Shown in pieces: positions 46,168-58,292 of a stretch of 64,000 nt of DNA; the stretch's first letter is position 1; each line of letters starts with the position of its first letter. The stretch lies in NCBI GenBank assembly GCA_050920955.1, contig JBPBQS010000159.1, positions 2,272-66,271 of the forward strand, in the 5' to 3' direction. The stretch comes from Janthinobacterium lividum. GTDB lineage: Bacteria > Pseudomonadota > Alphaproteobacteria > Acetobacterales > Acetobacteraceae. The position numbers and the translations under genes were made by a program. Below the pieces are notes generated by a model. It was not told the origin of the DNA, did no database searches, and saw only the letters and a list, made by a program, of their open reading frames with translations.

Positions 46168-46932
46168 ATGAGCGCCGTCATCATCGACAACCTGTCGGTC
46201 GACTTCCCGATCTACCACGGCAGCTCGCGCTCGCTGAAGAAGACGGTGCTCGCCGCAGCCTCCGGCCGCCTCGGCGAGGACCGGCAGAAGCGCGTGGTGG
46301 TGCAGGCGCTGCGCGACGTGTCGCTGCGTCTCGGGCGCGGCGACCGTCTCGGCCTGGTCGGCGGCAACGGCGCGGGCAAGACCACGCTGCTGCGCACGAT
46401 GGCGGGCATCTACGAGCCGGTGGTCGGCCGGGTGCAGGTGGACGGCAAGGTCACGGCCATGCTCGATCCCAACCTCGGCATGAACATGGACCTGACGGGC
46501 CGCGAGAACATCATGCTGCGCGGCCTGTACAACGGCTACAGCCGCGCGCAGACCAGGGTGCTCGAGGAGGACGTCGCGGACTTCGCCGGCCTGGGCGAGT
46601 TCATGGACCTGCCGGTGCGGTTCTACAGCTCGGGCATGATCGTGCGCCTGGGCTTCGCGATGGCGACCGCGGTGAGCCCCGAGGTGCTGCTGATGGACGA
46701 GTGGTTCCTGGCCGGCGACGCGGACTTCCTGGCCAAGGCGCGGGCGCGGCTGGAGAGCGTGGTGCGCGGCGCCGACATCCTGGTGCTGTCGTCGCACCAG
46801 CCGGCGATCATGCTGGAATGGTGCACGCGGGTGATCTGGATGGACCACGGCCGCATCCGCGAGGAGGGCCCCGCCGCGGAGGTCCTGTCTCACTACCTCG
46901 GCCACCCCGTCGCGGCGCCCGCGCCGGTCTGA
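46168..46932 (+). CDS. polysaccharide export ABC transporter ATP-binding protein (Wzt/KpsT-like)
   Basis: Walker A GGNGAGKTTLL, signature YSSGM and Walker B LLMDEW. The track ORF start at 46090 is inside repeat copy 13. Confidence 0.88.
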   Translation: MSAVIIDNLSVDFPIYHGSSRSLKKTVLAAASGRLGEDRQKRVVVQALRDVSLRLGRGDRLGLVGGNGAGKTTLLRTMAGIYEPVVGRVQVDGKVTAMLDPNLGMNMDLTGRENIMLRGLYNGYSRAQTRVLEEDVADFAGLGEFMDLPVRFYSSGMIVRLGFAMATAVSPEVLLMDEWFLAGDADFLAKARARLESVVRGADILVLSSHQPAIMLEWCTRVIWMDHGRIREEGPAAEVLSHYLGHPVAAPAPV

Positions 46933-46951
46933 AACCGCGGCCCTTCGTGAC

Positions 46952-47011
46952 GGTTTCCAAAGGCGAGCCTTTGGCGGAGCTCGAGGCGGAGCCTCGACCT
47001 TGCTCGCTTCC
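46952..47011. repeat. mosaic hairpin repeat copy 14 (solo arm)
   Basis: GGTTTCCAAAGGCGAGCCTTTGGCGGAGCTCGAGGCGGAGCCTCGACCTTGCTCGCTTCC. Confidence 0.9.
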
Positions 47012-49185
47012 TACGTCGTCATGACGACGTGCGCGCCCCCTTCCCGGGACAGCACGTTGAGCGCGACCTCGCTCCCGGTGCGCCGCAGCCGGGCGCTGAC
47101 GCGCCCCTCGCCGGCCGCCAGGTTGTGCAGCGTGACGTCGGGCAGGCACTCCGGGAGCACGGGCTGCTCGAAGCGTATCTCGCGGCGCTCCGGGTCGAAG
47201 GACAGCCCGAGGCAGGCGGACAGCATGGCCGGCAGCGCGGTGGCCGCCCAGGCCTGGGGCGAGCAGGCGACGGGGTAGGCGGTGGGGCCCTGGGCACGCC
47301 GGCGCGGCAGGCCGCAGAACAGTTCGGGCAGGCGGCGCAGCTCCAGGGTCTGGCAGGCGCCGAACAGCGCGTCGAACAGCCGCGCGGCCTCGGCCTTGCA
47401 GCCGTAGCGGGCGAATCCCATCGCGATCAGGGCGTTGTCGTGCGGCCAGACAGAGCCGTTGTGGTAGCTCATCGGGTTGTAGCGCGCCTCGCCCTGCGCC
47501 ACCGTGCGGATGCCCCAGCCCGAGAAGAACGACGCGCCCATCAGCCCGGCCGCGACCCGCTGCCCGTGCTCCGGCGAGGCGATCCCGGTGAGCAGCAGGT
47601 GCCCGGCGTTGGACGTGCGCACGCGGCACGCCCGCTTGGCGCCGTCGAGCGCGATCGCGTAGGTGCCGATCTCCTCGCACCAGAACGCGGCCTCGAAACG
47701 CGCGCGGAGCGTGTCGGCCACAGCGTCGAGCGCGCCCGCCTCCGCGTCGTGCCCGAGCCGGCGCGCGACGACGGCCGCGGCGCGGCGTGCGGCGTAGGCG
47801 TAGCCCTGCACCTCGCACAACGCGATCGGCCCCTCGGCGAGCGCGCCGTCGGCGTGGAAGATCGAGTCGTAGCTGTCCTTCCAGCCCTGGTTGGCGAGGC
47901 CCTCCTTGGTCTGGCGGTGGTACTCCACGAACCCGTCGCCGTCGCGGTCGCCGTACGTGTCGAGCCAGCCCAGCGCCGCCCGGACGTGCGGCCACAGCGC
48001 GGCGGCGGCCGCCAGGTCGCCGGTGCGCTCGACGTAGGCGCCGGCCAGCATGACGAACAGCGGCGTGCTGTCGACGCTGCCGTAGTAGTGGCGGAACGGC
48101 ACCTCGCGCAGCACCGCCATCTCGCCGTGGCGCACCTCGTGCAGGATCTTGCCCGGCTCCGCGTCGGCTAGCGGGTCCACCGCGGTCGCCTGGTGCGCGG
48201 CCAGGTAGTCGAGCACGCCGCGCGCGATCTCCGGGTCGAGCCACAGCGTGTGCAGCGCCGTGATCAGCGCGTCGCGACCGAACGCCGTGCTGAACCACGG
48301 CACGCCGGCGTACGGGTAAGGCCCGCCCGGCTTGTCGGTGACGAGCATGTAGAGGTCGCAGATCGAGCGCCGCATCGCCTCGTTGAACACCTCGTTCGAC
48401 GTGGCCACCGCAGCGGCACGGCTGCTCTCGCGCCGCAGCCGCCGCCGGCTGTCGAGCAGCGCGCGCAGGAACCGCGTGCCCGCCGGCTCCACGGGCGCCG
48501 CCTCGTCGCAGCCGACCTCCATGAACACCACGCGCTGGCCGTGCGCCGGCACCGCCAGCTCGAACACCGCGCGCCCCGCCTCCAGCACCGCCGGCGCCGG
48601 GTCGAAGCGCAGCCGCGTGGAGCGCCGCACGTCGTCCAGCCCGCGGTACGCCAGCACGACGGTGTCGGCCCCCACCTCCGCCTCCAGCCGCTCGCCCCGC
48701 TTCGCCCGCGTCATGCCACGCGCCTCGAACAAATCGGAAAAATCCGCGTCGAAGCGCAGCTCGACCCGCACCACGGTGTCCGTCTCGGCGTAGGACCGCA
48801 CCGACAACCGCTCGTGGCACGCCGCCTGCCACAGGAAGCGCGTGCGCCGGATGTGCAGCAGGTCGTGCTCCAGCACCAGGCGCTCCCCGTCGTGCAGGTC
48901 CGGGTTCGCCAGGTCGCACGTCAGCTCGGCGTTGTCGTCGCGCAGGATCGAGGACAGCAGCATCGGCCGCGCCCCGCCCACCAGCATGTCCAGCCGCGAC
49001 AGGTAGCGCGTGTCGCGGTGATACACCCCGTCGGAGCTGCCCGGCCCGCCGAACACGTCGCCCGCCGCGTCGAACACCGCGAAGGTGTCGCCGCTCTTGA
49101 GCGTGCGCGTGCGCCGCTCCTGCAGCGACACGGTCGCGGGGATGTAGAACTCGTCGGGCTGCGGGCCCGTCAGGGGCTGCGTCAT
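47011..49185 (-). CDS. amylo-alpha-1,6-glucosidase / glycogen-debranching-enzyme family protein
   Basis: Bacterial GDE_N-like N-terminus (LKSGDTFAVFD..GDV, GVYHRDTRYLS) and a GDE_C six-hairpin region (ANQGWKDS, HNGSVWPHDNA). Confidence 0.85.
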   Translation of the reverse strand: MTQPLTGPQPDEFYIPATVSLQERRTRTLKSGDTFAVFDAAGDVFGGPGSSDGVYHRDTRYLSRLDMLVGGARPMLLSSILRDDNAELTCDLANPDLHDGERLVLEHDLLHIRRTRFLWQAACHERLSVRSYAETDTVVRVELRFDADFSDLFEARGMTRAKRGERLEAEVGADTVVLAYRGLDDVRRSTRLRFDPAPAVLEAGRAVFELAVPAHGQRVVFMEVGCDEAAPVEPAGTRFLRALLDSRRRLRRESSRAAAVATSNEVFNEAMRRSICDLYMLVTDKPGGPYPYAGVPWFSTAFGRDALITALHTLWLDPEIARGVLDYLAAHQATAVDPLADAEPGKILHEVRHGEMAVLREVPFRHYYGSVDSTPLFVMLAGAYVERTGDLAAAAALWPHVRAALGWLDTYGDRDGDGFVEYHRQTKEGLANQGWKDSYDSIFHADGALAEGPIALCEVQGYAYAARRAAAVVARRLGHDAEAGALDAVADTLRARFEAAFWCEEIGTYAIALDGAKRACRVRTSNAGHLLLTGIASPEHGQRVAAGLMGASFFSGWGIRTVAQGEARYNPMSYHNGSVWPHDNALIAMGFARYGCKAEAARLFDALFGACQTLELRRLPELFCGLPRRRAQGPTAYPVACSPQAWAATALPAMLSACLGLSFDPERREIRFEQPVLPECLPDVTLHNLAAGEGRVSARLRRTGSEVALNVLSREGGAHVVMTT

Positions 49186-49247
49186 GGGCGTCCATCCTCG
49201 GGCCTGCGGGAAGGATGGACGCACGTGGCGCGGATGCACAGGGGCAC

Positions 49248-49376
49248 GGAAAGCAAGTAAGGTTGAGGCGCTGCCTCAAACTCCGCCAAGGGAAGCCCCT
49301 TGGATGGCCTTACTTAAGTAAAGGGATCAAAGGGTCCTCGGACCCTTTGCGGGTTCGGGCAGAGCCCGACCTTGTC

Positions 49377-49380
<4 letters not shown>
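49248..49380. repeat. mosaic hairpin repeat copy 15 (full)
   Basis: Arm set as in copy 2, with central CTTAAG. Confidence 0.93.
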
Positions 49381-50954
<1,574 letters not shown>

Positions 50955-50983
50955 GGACGCTTGCAGCACAACCCACCGCAGGA

Positions 50984-51128
50984 GGCAAGAAAGGAAGCAT
51001 GGGCTCTGCCCAAACCCGCCAGAGGCCTGAGGCCTTTGGAAACCCATCCCTGAAGCAGGAACCCCTTCCATGCGCCGGTCCAGGGCGGCTCGCCCTGGCG
51101 GGTCCAGGGCGGCGCCCTGGCCTTGCCT
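50984..51128. repeat. mosaic hairpin repeat copy 16 (composite, no CTTAAG)
   Basis: GGAAGCATGGGCTCTGCCCAAACCCGCCAGAGGCCTGAGGCCTTTGGAAACCC, a spacer, then GGTCCAGGGCGGCTCGCCCTGGCGGGTCCAGGGCGGCGCCCTGGCCTTGCC. Confidence 0.85.
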
Positions 51129-52469
51129 TCACCCCGCGTGCGTCGCCGCCAGGTCGCTCTCGATCTGCTCCAGGCTCCGCCCCCGCGTCTCCGGCACGAG
51201 CCGCCAGGTGAACGCGATCGCCGCGAGCGTCATCGCCGCGAACACCAGGAACGTCCCCCCGCTGCCGAGCGCGCGCACGAGGTCGAGGAACACGAGCGTG
51301 ACCGCGAGGTTCGACCCCCAGTTCGCGACGCTCGCCGTGCTCATGCCCCGCCCGCGCACGGCCAGCGGGAAGATCTCCGCGATCAGCAGCCAGAACACCG
51401 GCCCGAGCCCCACCGCGAAGCCCGCGATGTACAGCCCGAGCGCGCCCACCGTCACCGCCGCCAGCCCCGGCCCCGCGCCGAGCAGGAACGCCCCGGCCAG
51501 CACCAGCAGCGCGGCCGCCATCACCCCCATGCCCGCCAGCAGCAGCACACGTCGCCCCGCGCGGTCGATCAGCCGCATCGCGACCAGCGTCATCGCCACG
51601 TTGACTGCCCCGATCCCCACGGTGGCCAGGATCGCCGCCGACGCCGACGCCAGCCCCGCCGACTGCACGATGGTCGGCGCGAAGTAGATCACGGTGTTGA
51701 TGCCCGTGACCTGCTGGAACACCGCGAGCCCCACGCCGACCACCAGCGGCCGCCTGGCCTGCGGCGTGCGCAGCATCCGGCGCAGCGAAACCTCCTCCCC
51801 CCCGTGCCGCAGGTCCTGCTTCAGCGCGGCGAGCTCGCCCGCCGTCTCGCCGTGCCCGCGCAGGAAGCGCAGCGCGCGCTCCGCGTCCTGCGTGCGCCCC
51901 CGTGCGGCCAGCCAGCGCGGGCTCTCCGGCAGCACGAGCATCCCCGCCGCCAGCGCCACCCCCGGCACCACGCCAAGGCCCAGCATCCAGCGCCACCCGC
52001 CGTCGGTGCCGGCCAGCGCGTAGTCCACCACGTAGGACAGCAGGATGCCGAAGGTGATGCAGAACTGGTTGAGCGAGACCACCGCGCCGCGCTTCTCCGA
52101 CGGCGCGATCTCGGACAGGTAGAGCGGCGTCAGCATGGACGCGACCCCGATCGCCAGCCCCACCAGCAGCCGCGCCGCCAGCAGCACCCACAGCGCCCCC
52201 GCCATCCCCGACAGCAGCGCGCCCGCCGCGAACAGCACCGCCACGCACACGATCACCGGCCGCCGCCCGAAGCGGTCCGACAGCGCCCCCGCCCCCGCGG
52301 CCCCCGCCGTGGCGCCCACCAGGACGACGCCGGTCACCACGTCCTGCATCGTGGGCGACAGCGCGAAGCGCGCGCGCAGGAACAGCAGCGCGCCGGAGAT
52401 CACCCCCGTGTCGTAGCCGAACAGCAGGCCGCCCAGCGACGCCACGGCGGACAGCAGGAAGAAGCGCAT
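51129..52469 (-). CDS. MFS sugar porter family transporter
   Basis: LFGYDTGVISGAL, DRFGRR and PESPRWL motifs with 12 TM segments. Confidence 0.9.
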   Translation of the reverse strand: MRFFLLSAVASLGGLLFGYDTGVISGALLFLRARFALSPTMQDVVTGVVLVGATAGAAGAGALSDRFGRRPVIVCVAVLFAAGALLSGMAGALWVLLAARLLVGLAIGVASMLTPLYLSEIAPSEKRGAVVSLNQFCITFGILLSYVVDYALAGTDGGWRWMLGLGVVPGVALAAGMLVLPESPRWLAARGRTQDAERALRFLRGHGETAGELAALKQDLRHGGEEVSLRRMLRTPQARRPLVVGVGLAVFQQVTGINTVIYFAPTIVQSAGLASASAAILATVGIGAVNVAMTLVAMRLIDRAGRRVLLLAGMGVMAAALLVLAGAFLLGAGPGLAAVTVGALGLYIAGFAVGLGPVFWLLIAEIFPLAVRGRGMSTASVANWGSNLAVTLVFLDLVRALGSGGTFLVFAAMTLAAIAFTWRLVPETRGRSLEQIESDLAATHAG

Positions 52470-52482
52470 GGGCGGGGACTCC

Positions 52483-52609
52483 GGAAAGGAAGCATGGGCT
52501 CTGCCCAAACCCGCAAAGGGTCCGAGGACCCTTTGATCCCTTTACTTAAGTAAAGCCATCCAAGGGGCTTCCCTTGGCGGAGCTCGAGGCGGAGCCTCGA
52601 CCTTGCTTC
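52483..52609. repeat. mosaic hairpin repeat copy 17 (full)
   Basis: Near-identical architecture to copies 3 and 6. Confidence 0.95.
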
Positions 52610-53204
52610 ACTCCGCCGAGAACGCCGCGATCAGCCGCTCGATCGGGTCCCACGCGTAGGCGACCTGCGGCACGGACGTGCCGGCGACGAGCACGCTGTC
52701 GGCCATGACCGCCCGCCCGCCGATGCGCTCGTAGAACCACCGGCTGGGGTTGTCGCGCAGCACCCAGCAGAACGCCGAGCGGCACCCCAGCTCGGCCAAG
52801 TGCGCAGCCCCCGCCCCGATCAGGCGCCGCCCGAGCCCGCGGTCGCGCCAGTCGTCGAGCACGTAGAGCGTCTCGATCTCGCCCTCCCCGAGCGGCTGCG
52901 CCCGCGCGAGGGCGCCGCCCTCGCCCGGCACGGCGTCCGGCCGCGACAGCGTGCCCCAGGGCGTGACGCGCCTGGCGCGGCCCACGGTGACGAAGCCCGC
53001 GATGCGCGGCACGCCGGCGGCGGCGGCCACGAACACGCCGCCGTCGCGGATGGTGCGCTCGTACTCCGCCGCCTTGCGCCGCGCCGACAGCCCCGCGAGG
53101 AACGCGTCCGGCAGCAGCCCCGGATACGCGCTGCGCCACGCCGCGACGTGCACCGCGGCGATGGCCGGCGCGTCACCCGGACGCGCGCGGCGGATCGCGA
53201 TCAT
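52608..53204 (-). CDS. GNAT family N-acetyltransferase
   Basis: 198 aa with acetyl-CoA motif RDRGLGRRLI. Its start has an ATGA overlap with the rsmB stop. Confidence 0.8.
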   Translation of the reverse strand: MIAIRRARPGDAPAIAAVHVAAWRSAYPGLLPDAFLAGLSARRKAAEYERTIRDGGVFVAAAAGVPRIAGFVTVGRARRVTPWGTLSRPDAVPGEGGALARAQPLGEGEIETLYVLDDWRDRGLGRRLIGAGAAHLAELGCRSAFCWVLRDNPSRWFYERIGGRAVMADSVLVAGTSVPQVAYAWDPIERLIAAFSAE

Positions 53205-54592
53205 GCGTCCGCAGACCCTTCCGGCGACGGCGCACCCTCGTCCGCACCGACGGCGGCGTCCGCATCCGCCCCGCCCGCGTCTCCCGCGACCGGCGCGGCG
53301 GCGCTCCGCTGCAGCACGGCCGCGAAGAACCCGTCCGTCCCGTGCCGCCGCGGCGTCAGGCTCAGGAACGGCCCCGGCCCGGGCACCGGCGCGTCCAGCG
53401 TCCACGTCTCCGCGAGCGGCACGGCGGTGAACTCCGGATGACGGAGCAAAAACGCCTCCACCTGCGCCTCGTTCTCGTCGAGGAGCAGCGAGCACGTCGC
53501 GTACACCAGCCGCCCGCCCGGCCTGACCAGCCGCGCCGCGTCGTCGAGGATGCGCGCCTGCTTGGGCAGCAGCTCGTCGAGGTCCAGCTCGCGCAGCCTG
53601 AACCGCGCGTCCGGGTTGCGCCGCCAGGTCCCGGTCCCCGTGCACGGCGCGTCCACCAGCACGCGGTCGAAGCTGCCGCCGCGCCGCTTGACCCACTTGT
53701 CGCCCGGCTCGATCAGGTGGCGCTCGACGTTGTGCGCCCCCGCCCTGCGCAGCCGGCGCGTCGCCCCGTCCAGCCGCGGCCGCGACACGTCGCACGCCAC
53801 GACATGCCCGCGGTTGCCCATCGACGCCGCGATCGCCAGCGTCTTGCCCCCTGCGCCTGCGCACCAGTCCGCGACCCGCATGTCCGGCGCCGCGCCCACC
53901 ATGATGGCGACGAGCTGGCTGCCCTCGTCCTGGATCTCGATCAGCCCGGTCTGGAACGCCGGCCCCGACGTCACCGCGCGCCGCCCCGGCACCCGCAGCC
54001 CCCACGGCGACAGCGGCGTGGGCGTCGCCACGATCCCCTCGCGCTCCAGCGCCGCCCTGCCCTGCTCCAGCGTGCCGCGCAGAAGGTTCACCCGCAGGTC
54101 CAGCGGCGCCGGCTCCGACAGCGCCTCCATCTCCGAGTCCAGCGTCTCCCCGAACCGCGCGACGAGCCGCGGCAGCACCCAGTCCGGCACCTCCAGCCGC
54201 ACCGCGTCCGGCATGTCCGGGTGCACCAGCGTGTGGCTCTCGATCGCCAGCAGCGCCTCGCGCTCCTGCGGGATCAGCGTCGCCGGCGCGTACTGCCCCC
54301 CCGAGTAGCTCTGCGCCACGCCCGACGCCGACCACCCGTCCATCAGCAGCGACGCCGCGATCAGCATGCGCGGCGTGGGCGCCGTGCCCCCGCGCTCGAC
54401 CCACCACCCCAGCCGCCGCCGCGCCCGCAGCACCGCCCACGCCCGGTCCGACACCGCGCGCCGGTCGCCCGACCCGATGAACCGCCGGGCGCGAAAGAAG
54501 TCGTTGGCCACCGCGTCCGCCGGCCTGCGCGCGCGCTCCTCCACCTCGGTCAGCAGCTCCACCGCCGCCGCCAGCCGCGCCCCCGGCGTCAT
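53201..54592 (-). CDS. rsmB: RsmB/NOP-family 16S rRNA m5C methyltransferase
   Basis: NusB-like N-terminus, DAPCTGTGTWRRNPD and YATCSL motifs. Confidence 0.88.
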   Translation of the reverse strand: MTPGARLAAAVELLTEVEERARRPADAVANDFFRARRFIGSGDRRAVSDRAWAVLRARRRLGWWVERGGTAPTPRMLIAASLLMDGWSASGVAQSYSGGQYAPATLIPQEREALLAIESHTLVHPDMPDAVRLEVPDWVLPRLVARFGETLDSEMEALSEPAPLDLRVNLLRGTLEQGRAALEREGIVATPTPLSPWGLRVPGRRAVTSGPAFQTGLIEIQDEGSQLVAIMVGAAPDMRVADWCAGAGGKTLAIAASMGNRGHVVACDVSRPRLDGATRRLRRAGAHNVERHLIEPGDKWVKRRGGSFDRVLVDAPCTGTGTWRRNPDARFRLRELDLDELLPKQARILDDAARLVRPGGRLVYATCSLLLDENEAQVEAFLLRHPEFTAVPLAETWTLDAPVPGPGPFLSLTPRRHGTDGFFAAVLQRSAAAPVAGDAGGADADAAVGADEGAPSPEGSADA

Positions 54593-55266
54593 GCCCCCGC
54601 TCCCGCCATCACGTCATCCAGCCCCTCGAGCCCCGCCACGATCGCCGCCCGCCCCTCCAGCCCGTACTCCACCGGCCGCCCGTGCCGGTTCACCCAGCAT
54701 GTCCTGAACCCGAACCCGGAAGCCCCGAACGCGTCCCACGGGTTGGACGACACGAACCCGATCTCGGAGGCGGCACAGCCAAAATGCGCGGTCGCCAGCG
54801 CATACGTCCGCGGGTCCGGCTTGAACACCCCCGCCGCCTCCACGCTCAGCAGCGCGTCGAACAGCGGCGCGAGCCCCGCCGCCCCCACCTGCCCCGCCAT
54901 GCCCTCCGGCTCGCCGTTCGACAGCACCGCGCACGCCACCCCCGCCGCGCGCAGCCGCCCCAGCGCCGGCGCCACGTCCGGGTACGCGTCCAGCGTCCGG
55001 TTCTCACGCGCCAAATCCTCGACCACCGCGCCGTCCAGCCCGTGCATCGCAGCCACCACCTCCAGCGCCTCGCGCGACAGCGCCGAGAACGCGCGGTGCT
55101 CGCCGGCCAGGCTGCGCACCCACGTGTACTGCATCGTCAGCTCGCGCCACTCCCTGCTGACCGCCTGCCACTCCGGCCCCACGCGCGCGGCGTGGCGGCG
55201 CATCGGCGAGTCGACGTCGAAGACGGTGCCGAACGCGTCGAACAGCACGGCGCGAAGCTGGGGCAT
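54589..55266 (-). CDS. haloacid dehalogenase type II (HAD superfamily)
   Basis: Nucleophile motif LFDAFGTVFDV plus SNG and a C-terminal motif. Its stop overlaps the rsmB start. Confidence 0.8.
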   Translation of the reverse strand: MPQLRAVLFDAFGTVFDVDSPMRRHAARVGPEWQAVSREWRELTMQYTWVRSLAGEHRAFSALSREALEVVAAMHGLDGAVVEDLARENRTLDAYPDVAPALGRLRAAGVACAVLSNGEPEGMAGQVGAAGLAPLFDALLSVEAAGVFKPDPRTYALATAHFGCAASEIGFVSSNPWDAFGASGFGFRTCWVNRHGRPVEYGLEGRAAIVAGLEGLDDVMAGAGA

Positions 55267-55283
55267 GGGCTGGGGCTTTCGAA

Positions 55284-55408
55284 GGAAGCAAGGCCGGGCT
55301 CTGCCCGGACCCGCCAGGGCGAGCCGCCCTGGACTGGCCTCTTTTAAGGGGATTCCAAAGGCGAGCCTTTGGCGGAGTCCAGAGGCGGAGCCTCTGGCCT
55401 TGCTCGCT

Positions 55409-55410
<2 letters not shown>
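55284..55410. repeat. mosaic hairpin repeat copy 18 (full; centre TTTTAAG)
   Basis: GGAAGCAAGGCCGGGCTCTGCCCGGACCCGCCAGGGCGAGCCGCCCTGGACTGG... + ...CCAAAGGCGAGCCTTTGGCGGAGTCCAGAGGCGGAGCCTCTGGCCTTGCTCGCTTC. Confidence 0.92.
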
Positions 55411-56986
<1,576 letters not shown>

Positions 56987-57020
56987 CTAGCGGGTCGGGG
57001 CGGGGGGGATCAAGGCTTGC

Positions 57021-57155
57021 GGCAAAGCGAGCAAGCATGGGCTCTGCCCAAACCCGCCAGGGCGAGCCGCCCTGGACTGGCCTTACTTAAGTTGTGCGTT
57101 CCAAGGGCGCAGCCTTTGGCGGAGTCCAGAGGCAGCGCCTCTGGCCTTGCTTGCC
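57021..57155. repeat. mosaic hairpin repeat copy 19 (full)
   Basis: GCGAGCAAGCATGGGCTCTGCCCAAACCCGCCAGGGCGAGCCGCCCTGGACTGGCCTTACTTAAG + GTTGTGCGTTCCAAGGGCGCAGCCTTTGGCGGAGTCCAGAGGCAGCGCCTCTGGCCTTGCTTGCC. Confidence 0.93.
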
Positions 57156-58292
57156 TCACCCCCTGAAGCCCGTCGCCACGACGTAGAGCTCGCTCGACTC
57201 CCGCCGGCTCGCCGGCGGCTTGGCGTGCTTCACGACGGTGAAGTCGCGCCGCATGGAGTCCATCATCTCCTTCTCCGACCCGCCCTGCAGCACCTTCGCC
57301 ACGAACGCCCCCCCCGGCGACAGCACCTGCCGCGCGAACTCCAGCGCCTGCCCCGCCAGGTCGACGATGCGGATGTGGTCGGTCGCGGTGTGCCCGGTCG
57401 TGTTGGGCGCCATGTCCGAGAGCACGAGGTCGACCTTGCCGCCGAGTGCCGCCATCAGCCGCCCCGGCATCGACTCCTCGGTGAAGTCGCCGACCATCAG
57501 CGTGACGCCCGGCACCGTGTCGATCGGCAGCAGATCCAGCCCCACGACCTGCTTCGCGCCGCGCTTGACCGCAACCTGGCACCACCCGCCCGGCGCGGCC
57601 CCGAGATCGAGCACGCGCATGCCCGCACGGATCAGCCCGAACCGGTCGTCCAGCTCGATCAGCTTGAACGCGGCGCGCGACCGCCACCCCTGCTGCTGGG
57701 CGGCCACGACATACGGATCGTTGAGCTGGCGCTGCAGCCAGTGCTGTTGCGCGGTGGTGCGCCCGCGCGCGGTGCGCAGCGACACGGACATGTTGCGCGC
57801 GCCCTGCGTGGTGTCCGCCGACGCCGAGCGCGGCGCAGCGCTCGACTTGCGCGCCGGCGCCCCCGGCCGCGCGGCATGGGCCTTGGACTTGGCCGCCGTG
57901 ACGCGCTTGGCGACCTTGGCGGCCGCGGCGCGTGCCTTCATCGAGCGCGCCGGCGCCGCGGTCCCCGAACGCGCCTTCGGGGCCTCGACAGGCGCGGCCG
58001 CCTCGGGCCGAGGCGCGGCGGGCCTGGGACGCGGGGCGGACGCGGCGGGCTTCGCGGCGGCGGCGGGCTTGCCCCGAGTGCGCGCGGGCGCACCCGCCTT
58101 GCCGCCGCCGCGCGTCGCCGCGCGCAGCATCTCCGTGCCCGACGGCGCGGCGCGGCGCGCGGGCTTCGCGCCCGGCGGCTTGTCCCCGCCGGCGGCCGGA
58201 CGAGCGGCCTTGCCGCCCCCCTTGGAGTCGCGGCGCGGCGCCTTGCCGGGCGCGCCGGGGCGGCGGCCGGGCGGCTTCGACGCGCCGCTCAT
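57156..58292 (-). CDS. rlmE: 23S rRNA (uridine-2'-O)-methyltransferase RlmE/FtsJ, with possible 167-aa Lys/Ala/Pro-rich N-terminal extension
   Basis: WLQRQLNDPYV, DLGAAPGGW and LSDMAPN motifs. The long start forms an ATGA overlap with the ppx stop; a canonical-length start is the ATG at 57791. Confidence 0.85.
   Translation of the reverse strand: MSGASKPPGRRPGAPGKAPRRDSKGGGKAARPAAGGDKPPGAKPARRAAPSGTEMLRAATRGGGKAGAPARTRGKPAAAAKPAASAPRPRPAAPRPEAAAPVEAPKARSGTAAPARSMKARAAAAKVAKRVTAAKSKAHAARPGAPARKSSAAPRSASADTTQGARNMSVSLRTARGRTTAQQHWLQRQLNDPYVVAAQQQGWRSRAAFKLIELDDRFGLIRAGMRVLDLGAAPGGWCQVAVKRGAKQVVGLDLLPIDTVPGVTLMVGDFTEESMPGRLMAALGGKVDLVLSDMAPNTTGHTATDHIRIVDLAGQALEFARQVLSPGGAFVAKVLQGGSEKEMMDSMRRDFTVVKHAKPPASRRESSELYVVATGFRG

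Noticed and set aside
52478-52616. Target-site duplication flanking the repeats. ACTCC occurs on both sides of copy 17.
   Set aside because: I could not find a consistent duplicated flank at copies 2, 6, 8, 15 or 19. A single 5-nt match is expected by chance in GC-rich DNA. Classification as a MITE with a target-site duplication is therefore unsupported.
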